DNA of 13,683 nucleotides from Promethearchaeota archaeon. Lineage in GTDB: Archaea > Asgardarchaeota > Lokiarchaeia > Sigyniarchaeales > SOKP01. The stretch's first letter is position 1. The number at the start of each line of letters is the position of its first letter. The notes under the pieces were generated by a model that was not told the origin of the DNA, did no database searches, and saw only the letters and a list, made by a program, of their open reading frames with translations. Shown piece after piece: positions 1 to 7,778 of the stretch. The translations under genes and the position numbers were made by a program. The stretch lies in assembly GCA_016839745.1 (NCBI GenBank), contig JAEOTS010000005.1, positions 1-13,683 on the forward strand. The letters run 5' to 3'.

Positions 1-2
1 TA

Positions 3-332
3 GCAATGTATCAATCAAGTACATCTAATCAATTTCCCTCTGAAATTTGCAGTTGTTGTCCTTGTTGTTGTCAAGCACTTCAAGGATTACAACGATTAAA
101 CATGAAAGGATTAGTAGAGCCAAGTGAGTATGTATCAACATTCGATTCAGAATCATGTATTCAATGCGGTATTTGTACTGAGAGATGTCACTTTGGAGCG
201 AGAATATTGGATGCTCATGATGAAATTATTTATAAACTAGATTTATGCTTTGGATGTGGTCTCTGCGTTAGTTCTTGTCCTGAAAGCGCCATAAAACTGA
301 TCCCTAGAGATAGTTGGGTAAAAACTCTCTAA
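3..332 (+). CDS. Cys-rich 2x[4Fe-4S] ferredoxin-domain protein, C-terminal part (5' truncated by window edge)
   Basis: Two ferredoxin motifs (CIQCGICTERC, CFGCGLCVSSCP) preceded by an ICSCCPCCC cluster typical of anaerobe Fe-S proteins. The frame is open to the window edge (GCA at 3-5 before ATG 6), so the true start is probably upstream. Confidence 0.85.
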   Translation, partial: AMYQSSTSNQFPSEICSCCPCCCQALQGLQRLNMKGLVEPSEYVSTFDSESCIQCGICTERCHFGARILDAHDEIIYKLDLCFGCGLCVSSCPESAIKLIPRDSWVKTL

Positions 333-362
333 AAGTAATAATTAAATCCTAATTCTCTTGTT

Positions 363-899
363 TTAATATTTAGGCGTTATTTGTTCCCCAATTCGATAAT
401 AACTATAATCACCACCAGTAGTCCAGATGATGGGATTTAAGTTCCGCCAATTAATTTTATCACCTGTAAGGTATTGAGGATCAACATATGATTTAATGAC
501 TCTACCAATAATTCCTTCGTTAGGATCATAATCAAGAATTTCCACTACTTCACATTCCATATTTATTGGACATTGGTGAATCATTGGAGCTGTTTTTAAT
601 ACTCCATAAAAATTATCAAAAAGCGTGCTTTTATCGAAGTCTCTACCTGAGTTACTTCCACAGATTTCAAATTTAGCTAAAATTTTTTCCGAAGGAATGT
701 TCACGCTGAACGTTTTATGTTCATGAATTCCAATTTGAGTATATCGTTTTTTATATAGACTAAAGAAAATATGCTTTCCAAAGTCAAATGGGCAGATATA
801 TCCTATTACTAAATAGTTTGGGATGCCATTAACTTGCGCTCCTACCAACACTGCTGGTAATGGACTTAAAAAATTCCCTTCAATCTCTTGCTTTTTCAA
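363..899 (-). CDS. Flavin reductase-like / flavoredoxin family FMN-binding protein
   Basis: Motifs PLPAVLVGA, FSVNIPS, CGSNSGRDFDK and APMIxQCPINMECEV. TTG start with AGGT SD-like sequence (907-910) upstream. Confidence 0.88.
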   Translation of the reverse strand: MKKQEIEGNFLSPLPAVLVGAQVNGIPNYLVIGYICPFDFGKHIFFSLYKKRYTQIGIHEHKTFSVNIPSEKILAKFEICGSNSGRDFDKSTLFDNFYGVLKTAPMIHQCPINMECEVVEILDYDPNEGIIGRVIKSYVDPQYLTGDKINWRNLNPIIWTTGGDYSYYRIGEQITPKY

Positions 900-1172
900 T
901 TTTTTTACCTTTTTTCAATTTAATCTAAAATATTTTCTTAAAATGTTACTTCTTATTAATCCAATAAATCATTACATAAGTAATTTTTATAATTGAACTT
1001 AAAGTGAACTTTTAACTTAATTTGAATCTATGCCACCATAAGCTAGATTTTTCCATGAATTACCCTCCATAAATTAGAAAAAAGAATAGGATATTAATAA
1101 AATTTAAGTGAGGAAAAAAGAATTTGATATAATTTTTCTTCGAAACTTTAACAATCTATCCTCCACTTTATT

Positions 1173-2210
1173 TTAAAATAGACTCATGTAAGTAAAGTCT
1201 TCTGACGCCTCTTCTAAAAATCCGCAACCAGGACATTTCTGTTTCCTCGGTTTAGGTTTTCCGCACGAGGGACATATTGCTGAATAAAAGGCAGATGTGA
1301 ACGCTTCACCTTGGAGTCCTTCCGAATTGATGACTAGTCCATCTAATTCAATTTGTCTTAGTGTGCTCTTGCCTTTTTTGAGCTTTGAAATCTTCTTAAA
1401 CATTTTTTCTGCTTTATCTTTGGCATCTGAGAACGCACCTTTACCAGTGGATTTCCATTTAACATTGGTTTCTAAAGATTCAAGAATAGCATCTTTTCTC
1501 ACGTTGAAATTATGAGATGAACGATGAAGTTCTACACCTCTGATCTCACCCTCAGCATCAACAACAACGATTCCGACAGTGTTTTTTGGGAAATTCAATT
1601 GCTTACTACGTTTAATAACTTTTTCTCTCCTCGAATTTATACCTAACGTGTATTTAGTTTGGTCCTTAACAGCTTTTTCGCTTGCCATCTCCTCGTTCAC
1701 TTTATTCCATATTCTTGATTGATTTATTGTTGAGGCTCCATAACCTATGGTCGCGCTACTGAACTTGAGTGAGCGCATCTCATTTAGCATTCCGCGACTG
1801 GCTTTCCCACCATATGAGAAGTTAGCATTTGCCGAAAGATAATGAGGAGCGTGCACGCATTTGACGCTAATTTCTTGCACGGCTCCGGGTTCAACCATAA
1901 CAGTTCCCACGGAGATTCGGTCCTGCGTTCCTTTTCCCAAGAAGATATCGCCTTCTTCAATGAGAATGGGCAGCTCCCCCAGATTTTTAAAAAAGATATG
2001 GGCTACTTCCGTGCCTTTATCGATAATTTCACATACTCCAAATTCCAGTGCTTCAGAAAGAGTGAGGTAATCCCTTTCTTCTTTTGGAACTTCCTGTTTA
2101 ATAATCGGCACGAATGAAATTTCCTTTAATACAATCGGTTCAACGATTTCCATTCCATCCGATTGGGTTATTTGAGTGGCGACTTTTTTAATTACTTCTA
2201 ATTCGGTCAT
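1173..2210 (-). CDS. ARPP-1 (DUF6569)-like domain protein with C-terminal zinc ribbon
   Basis: ILIEEGDIFLGKGTQDRISVGTVMV...ISVKCV, QSRIWNKV and GIVVVDAEGEIRGVEL match the ARPP-1/DUF6569 pattern as I recall it. C-terminal CPSCG-x8-CPGCG. Start moved from GTG 2222 to ATG 2210 because AAGGTGAG (2218-2225) sits 7 nt upstream of that ATG as an SD. Confidence 0.75.
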   Translation of the reverse strand: MTELEVIKKVATQITQSDGMEIVEPIVLKEISFVPIIKQEVPKEERDYLTLSEALEFGVCEIIDKGTEVAHIFFKNLGELPILIEEGDIFLGKGTQDRISVGTVMVEPGAVQEISVKCVHAPHYLSANANFSYGGKASRGMLNEMRSLKFSSATIGYGASTINQSRIWNKVNEEMASEKAVKDQTKYTLGINSRREKVIKRSKQLNFPKNTVGIVVVDAEGEIRGVELHRSSHNFNVRKDAILESLETNVKWKSTGKGAFSDAKDKAEKMFKKISKLKKGKSTLRQIELDGLVINSEGLQGEAFTSAFYSAICPSCGKPKPRKQKCPGCGFLEEASEDFTYMSLF

Positions 2211-2330
2211 GTTTTTACTCACCTTGTTTAATTTTATTAGTTGATATGAAGTGATTTAGAAGTGTTTAATTTTGAAAATAATCAAACAGTGGAATTTTTC
2301 CTTCTAAACTTGTATCTTAAAATAATTCGA

Positions 2331-2339
2331 ATATATAAA
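2331..2339 (-). promoter_or_regulatory. Putative archaeal TATA box (TTTATATAT) for the ARPP-1-like gene
   Basis: TTTATATA on the minus strand about 120 nt upstream of the ATG. The AT-rich background lowers specificity. Confidence 0.35.
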
Positions 2340-2472
2340 TGTATGGTTCCAGCGTAACGAGGATGAAAATTGGGAATTTTCTCTATAATATATGTTTTCG
2401 ATTTTTTTCTTTTAAATAGATTGATAATTTGATCCAGGCAATAATGAATCACATTTTTTTAATGATTATAAA

Positions 2473-2685
2473 TTGAAAGGCATAAATGATTTAGTGTTTG
2501 AATGTTTGAAACCTAAACTGGAATATATTTGTGGTAAAATTCAGAATAGTTTAGAGAATGTTACAGATGAAACAAAAGAACACCAGTCTGGTATTATAGA
2601 GTCCTATGCCAAAGTAATTCATGAGATGCTGAAATATGTTGAAGGTAAGGAATACAGATCAATAAAGCCTCTTACTGAACCTTAA
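2473..2685 (+). CDS. Small hypothetical helical protein (start uncertain)
   Basis: 70-codon ORF in otherwise stop-rich intergenic DNA, with protein-like amphipathic composition. TTG start has no clear SD. Confidence 0.5.
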   Translation: MKGINDLVFECLKPKLEYICGKIQNSLENVTDETKEHQSGIIESYAKVIHEMLKYVEGKEYRSIKPLTEP

Positions 2686-2777
2686 GAGGGATTTAAAAAT
2701 TAGTTAATCATGGAAACATAAAATAATAAAACAAAAGTGAAGGGAGCGTAAAGCTGGATTTCAAATTTAGTATAGAA

Positions 2778-3335
2778 TCAATAATAAATTTTAAAATCTC
2801 TATTAAGTGTTCCTTTTACATCATGCTGAGAAAAATGTAGTAATGAATATATACAAAAAGTAATGCCTAAAATGATTACATCAATACCACTCATAAGAGA
2901 TTTATAAAACCGGATTGGTTGTAAGGAACTACAACATAAAAATGTATTTGGATGTGGAACTGGTATTAGCACAATAAGAAATATTATGAATGTACATCCT
3001 ACCACTAGCTTTAAACTGTAATTAATCAATAACTTCAAATGAGAATTTATTCTCTTAAAATAAGAATTTATTAGCAGAAAAAGAATTATAGCTATAATCA
3101 TCAAAATGATGTTGAATGACACACATGATAATACATACGTTACTGTTTGATTGGAAAGGCTTGTAATCAACTGACTAATATCTTCTTGATAGTGATAATG
3201 TATCACTCCAACCCAGGAGGGCCAGTTCCAATTTAAGCTGATAATATTAAACCAAGAAATAAATATGATAACTAAAATAAACAAATTAACCGAAAGATTT
3301 AGCCTCTGTTTGGCCTTTATTTTCATACTTCTCAC
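2778..3335 (-). CDS. Hypothetical membrane protein, about 4 TM helices
   Basis: Four hydrophobic stretches, with a PHPNTFLCCSS loop before the last helix. TTTATAAA box at 3356-3363 fits a leaderless or short-leader transcript. Alternative ATG at 3326. Confidence 0.7.
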   Translation of the reverse strand: MRSMKIKAKQRLNLSVNLFILVIIFISWFNIISLNWNWPSWVGVIHYHYQEDISQLITSLSNQTVTYVLSCVSFNIILMIIAIILFLLINSYFKRINSHLKLLINYSLKLVVGCTFIIFLIVLIPVPHPNTFLCCSSLQPIRFYKSLMSGIDVIILGITFCIYSLLHFSQHDVKGTLNRDFKIYY

Positions 3336-3618
3336 TTATATATATCAGTATCTGCTTTATAAAAATTATTGCAAATCAGATTTTAATTTATAGCTTGTTT
3401 TAACAAAAAGAATAGATAATATGATAAAAAATTAAAGGGAGGGACTTTATCGTAAATGCTGCTATTAGTAACAAAAAGTTGAATATCAATTTTTACTTCA
3501 AAACAGAATAACATAGTTTATAGAGGATTCATGTTAAAGCGATATTTTCTTTTTATTATTGCTATAGATGTTTTTAAAAAACTTTGGGAGATTAATTTTA
3601 TTAAAAGACAAAATAATA

Positions 3619-3626
3619 TTATATAA
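3619..3626 (+). promoter_or_regulatory. Putative TATA box (TTATATAA) of the TPR-LRR operon
   Basis: About 30 nt upstream of ATG 3656, which lacks an SD, consistent with a near-leaderless archaeal transcript. Confidence 0.35.
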
Positions 3627-3655
3627 CAATACTTGTATAAAAAGACAAAAAAACT

Positions 3656-6600
3656 ATGCAAGAATTTAAGTCGTTTTTAGCTAGGAGCCAACGCTATTTA
3701 GTAAATGGCGAGTTCAAAAAAGCAATCAGAGAAGTTAAAACCGCACTTAATATAGATCCATCTCAGTTTTTGGGTTGGGTTACACTTTCATCGTGTTATT
3801 TCAATATTGGAAAGATAGATAAATCTATAGAAACTGTGAGAAATGTAATGAAATTTAATAGCAGATTTAAAGAGAGGACTGATATACTCACCGCAGCATT
3901 TCAATATGCTAAAGATTCCGATAAACTTATAGAAAGTCTTAAGAAGGCTTTAACTAATCCAACATCATTTAAAGGTGAGTGGACACTTGTGGGAGGATAT
4001 TATCTCAGTAAAAAGGAGTATGATAAAGCAATTGAAGCGTATAAACTCGCGATAAAACAACATCCTGATTGGCCTAGTATGTGGTTAAACCTTTCGGCAG
4101 TATATATTGAAATGGAGGAGTTTGATAATGTAATCGAGACTGCCAAAAAAGCTTTACAAATTAAACATGATTTTAAATTTGCATTACTTCATCTTGGTAT
4201 TGCTCATTTTAAAAAAGGGGATAAACAGGAAGCATTAAAGATTTGTGAACAGATCCTTAGATTAGATCCTTTATTTGAAGAAATGATAAAGCTTCAGAGC
4301 AAAATCTTAAAAGAAATGGGAAAATCGACCATTAATGATGAAAATCCTATTGAAATCTATGAAGGAATAGAGCTGAGAAAAGATCAAAAAGAAGTATTAT
4401 TCGAATTAGAGAAGTTAAGTAAAAAACCTATTAAGCCTCAAGTAAGAATAAATGCATTGTTTAGTACTGAAGCTGGTTTTGTAGCGAGAGCAGGTTATAT
4501 TGTTGAGTTAGGATTAACTTTTGCACAACATATTCCAGAGTCCATTGCAAATTTAAAATACCTTAAAGTCCTAGAGGTACCATTTTCAATGACAGAATTG
4601 CCTGAAAATATAGTAAAACTTCAAAACTTGAAACGATTATTGTTTATTCCTAATTTTAGTCCTGTACTCGCATTTAAGCGTCAAAAAGCTGAGCAAATCT
4701 ATCTTGATAAAAAAATTTGCCAGCTAAAAGGACTAAAAATTTTAAATATAAGAGATAGTAGTACTATCACCCATTTACCCGAATGTTTAGGACACCTGCC
4801 AAATCTTCAAGAAATAAATGTAGGGAACTGTCATAATTTGTATGGTATACCTGAAAGTATTAAGATAAATTTTAAACCTGAAGGAGATGATTTTAGGTTA
4901 AAGTTGATTCGAAGAACTCCCAATAAAGATAATTCGAATGAAGGATGGGAGCATTCCAAGTTTATAAAAACACCTGGACCAAGAAAGCCTCTATTAACTC
5001 CTTATACTCATCCTAGAGCAGTTAATTTAAAGTTTGAAAGAAAAAACTTACCAGAAAAAGAAATTATGTTTTTAGAAAGGCTAGAAAAATCTTTGGGGTA
5101 TCCAATAACTAATCAAAACACAAACCCTCGATACAACCGAGGTTCTTTTTTTCGAACTACAAATGATACTGTTTCAGAATTATGTATTGGAGGTTCTAGG
5201 ATCATGACTGAAATTCCTGAAACGATCTCTTGCTTGACTAATCTAGAAAGGCTCACGATAAATGCGTCTTCTAAACTGAAGACAATAACTGCGCAAATAG
5301 GTAAACTCAGTTCCTTAAAATATTTAAGTGTTCACGGAAAGGTGACCTTGCCTTATACAATTGGAAAATTAAAAAATTTAGAGGAAGTTATATTTGCACA
5401 CTGCTCAATTCCCCAGTCATTTACTAAATTAAGCAATATACGGTTAGTTAAAGTTAATAACTGTCAGGACTTCAATAATCTAACAAATTTTAATAATTTA
5501 CAATCTCTTAAGCATTTAAATATTTCAGAAATTAATCATCTACCTATAAATTTGGGTGATCTTCCAAATCTTAAGACCTTAAATCTCCTTATGATAAGAG
5601 AAGTAAAAAAACTTCCTGAAAGTCTAGGTAGACTTAGTTCACTCGAACAATTAACAATAAGTCATTGTAGGGAGATAATGCTAGTGCCAAATACAATTGG
5701 ATCTCTTAAAAATTTAAAAAAGTTAGAGATTCAAGCATGTCCAAAAATAAGCCATTTACCAGAATCAATAAAATATTTAGAGTCCCTTCAAGATTTAAAT
5801 ATTGAAAACTGCAATTTTAAAACTCTCCCACAAGACTTAAAAAATTTCAAAAACCTTAAGACGGTTTCGATTTTAGGTAATCCAATTTCTCCTCGTAAAA
5901 TATTGGACAAGTATGAGCATAATCTTCTTAGTGAGGAAGAGGTACTTCATCAATTAATGTTTATAATAGAATTTTGGAAAGAGGTAGAAAAAGATTTTTG
6001 TGGAAGGGGAGATGTGATAATTGACTATGAAAATATAAGGGTAACCGCCATTCAATTGCTTCATAATTTAATGATGAATCGTACAAGTACGCCAACTGAA
6101 CAGGAGAGATTTTATAAATTATTTGAAAAAATTATCTCATCTGATAACGATATTGCTGTACGTGATGCTGCTCTTGAAAGTCTTATAAAATTGTATCCAA
6201 AAAAATCTAAAGATTCGCTTAATTGGGTAATAAAAAACGAATCTTCCTTTCTTCTTCTCAAAAATTTATACAATCTCTTAAAACAATATCCAGAGTTAAC
6301 AGAATTCTGGAAACGATTGCGAAATAGGTTTTGTAGTGTATTAAACATTTCTGCGAAGGAATTAGAAGGAATACTACCTTTTTTCTTCTTTCAAATAATT
6401 GAAGATTTTCACTTTAAATTTGATGAGGCTATGCTTAGACAATTTGCTATAAATAGTATTAGTACGGTTAAAGAAAATAAAGATAGAAAAACATTTTATG
6501 CGATAGATGAGGGGCATGTAATTGCTTTGAACATTAGCGGTTTTGGTTTCATGGAGATTCCTGATTTCATTAAGCATTTAACCAGACTTCAATATTTAAA

Positions 6601-7756
6601 TGTAAGTCATAACCAAATAACATCTTTACCACCAAAGATAGCTGAATTTGAATATTTAAAAGAAATTGATTTAAGCTATAATAAATTTACCACATATCCA
6701 TCATTACCAAAACAAATAAAGCGTATAAATATTTCACATAACCCTCTGAAATCAGTTCCAAAAGAAATACTTGAGGGATTCATTAAAGAATATATTAACT
6801 ATAGAATAGATATTAAAGACGTAGAAGTTCTAGCTTATTTAAAATTAGTATTTGGATTGACCCTAACCCAAATATCGTCGATTTCTGAAGTTTTAAATCA
6901 AAAGAATAAAAATTGCTACATTCTTACTGATAAAAGCAATATTAGAGGCTTATTTATCAATGATCCGACAGTTAATGGCTTGATGCATATACCAGATGTA
7001 ATTAATCAGTTAAAATATCTTGAATTTTTAGATATTTCAAATCACCCTTCTTTAACTACAGTTCCAAAAGCGCTTAGTTCATTGAAAAATCTTACATATT
7101 TAAAATTGTACAATAATAATCTGAGTGAATTCCCCTTATCAGCACTAGAATTACTTAATCTTGAATATCTCAATTTAGGAAGTAATATGATTCACGAAGT
7201 TCCAAAAGATATCAATCATCTTTCTCATCTTAAAACACTAGATTTAAGTTTCAATAAAATAAAGAAGATACCTAAGAAATTATTTGGCATTAATTCTCTT
7301 GTTCAATTAAATTTTGATGGAAATGAAATAAATGAAATTTACTCTGATCTAGCTCAATTAAAAGATTTACAAGAACTCTATTTAGGTTTTAATAATCTTT
7401 CTACTCTTCCAGATGAATTAACTAAACTCACTGCTTTAAAAAAGTTGAGTATATGTGGGAATAAAGTAAGTTGTCTACCTAGTACTATTGGAAATTTAAA
7501 AAATTTAATCATGTTAAATGTATCAGGAAATACTATTAATGAAATACCTGATAGTATTGCACACTTACCACAGTTAGAATATCTAGATTTAAGTGAAAAT
7601 ACATTGGAAAGTGTTCCAGACTCAATTGCAGATATTGATACTTTAAAACATTTTAACTTAAGTTATAACAATATGAATGCTCCCTCACCTAAAATTAATA
7701 ACATAAAAGGATTTATTTTTAAAAGAAAACTAACTCGTAATGAATTTCAATATTAA
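3656..7756 (+). CDS. Large TPR + leucine-rich-repeat protein (TPR - LRR - LRR - HEAT-like - LRR - LRR)
   Basis: About 6 TPRs in aa 1-220 (e.g. EYDKAIEAYKLAIKQHP, WLNLSAVY). Many LxxLxLxxNxIxxIPxxIxxL repeats in four blocks. HEAT-like helices around DNDIAVRDAALESL (about aa 830). No NTPase, GTPase or kinase motif seen. Confidence 0.9.
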   Translation: MQEFKSFLARSQRYLVNGEFKKAIREVKTALNIDPSQFLGWVTLSSCYFNIGKIDKSIETVRNVMKFNSRFKERTDILTAAFQYAKDSDKLIESLKKALTNPTSFKGEWTLVGGYYLSKKEYDKAIEAYKLAIKQHPDWPSMWLNLSAVYIEMEEFDNVIETAKKALQIKHDFKFALLHLGIAHFKKGDKQEALKICEQILRLDPLFEEMIKLQSKILKEMGKSTINDENPIEIYEGIELRKDQKEVLFELEKLSKKPIKPQVRINALFSTEAGFVARAGYIVELGLTFAQHIPESIANLKYLKVLEVPFSMTELPENIVKLQNLKRLLFIPNFSPVLAFKRQKAEQIYLDKKICQLKGLKILNIRDSSTITHLPECLGHLPNLQEINVGNCHNLYGIPESIKINFKPEGDDFRLKLIRRTPNKDNSNEGWEHSKFIKTPGPRKPLLTPYTHPRAVNLKFERKNLPEKEIMFLERLEKSLGYPITNQNTNPRYNRGSFFRTTNDTVSELCIGGSRIMTEIPETISCLTNLERLTINASSKLKTITAQIGKLSSLKYLSVHGKVTLPYTIGKLKNLEEVIFAHCSIPQSFTKLSNIRLVKVNNCQDFNNLTNFNNLQSLKHLNISEINHLPINLGDLPNLKTLNLLMIREVKKLPESLGRLSSLEQLTISHCREIMLVPNTIGSLKNLKKLEIQACPKISHLPESIKYLESLQDLNIENCNFKTLPQDLKNFKNLKTVSILGNPISPRKILDKYEHNLLSEEEVLHQLMFIIEFWKEVEKDFCGRGDVIIDYENIRVTAIQLLHNLMMNRTSTPTEQERFYKLFEKIISSDNDIAVRDAALESLIKLYPKKSKDSLNWVIKNESSFLLLKNLYNLLKQYPELTEFWKRLRNRFCSVLNISAKELEGILPFFFFQIIEDFHFKFDEAMLRQFAINSISTVKENKDRKTFYAIDEGHVIALNISGFGFMEIPDFIKHLTRLQYLNVSHNQITSLPPKIAEFEYLKEIDLSYNKFTTYPSLPKQIKRINISHNPLKSVPKEILEGFIKEYINYRIDIKDVEVLAYLKLVFGLTLTQISSISEVLNQKNKNCYILTDKSNIRGLFINDPTVNGLMHIPDVINQLKYLEFLDISNHPSLTTVPKALSSLKNLTYLKLYNNNLSEFPLSALELLNLEYLNLGSNMIHEVPKDINHLSHLKTLDLSFNKIKKIPKKLFGINSLVQLNFDGNEINEIYSDLAQLKDLQELYLGFNNLSTLPDELTKLTALKKLSICGNKVSCLPSTIGNLKNLIMLNVSGNTINEIPDSIAHLPQLEYLDLSENTLESVPDSIADIDTLKHFNLSYNNMNAPSPKINNIKGFIFKRKLTRNEFQY

Positions 7757-7778
7757 AATATACAAAAGTGATGATAAA

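Noticed and set aside
1297-2117. Plus-strand ORFs 1297-1515, 1842-2117 and 1861-2070
   Set aside because: Antisense shadows of the ARPP-1-like gene with no recognisable motifs.
4300-4330. Walker A motif (GKST) making the large protein an NLR/STAND or Roco protein
   Set aside because: KILKEMGKST lacks the first Gly of GxxxxGK[ST], lies in a linker, and has no NTPase or GTPase domain around it.
6112-6577. Minus-strand ORFs 6112-6348 and 6374-6577
   Set aside because: Antisense to the TPR-LRR gene, with no independent coding signals.
7740-7778. ORF-track start at 7740 overlapping the upstream gene
   Set aside because: ATG 7779 has an SD-like GTGAT, avoids the 17-nt overlap and places the xSSS motif near the N-terminus. 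The 7740 start is not fully excluded.
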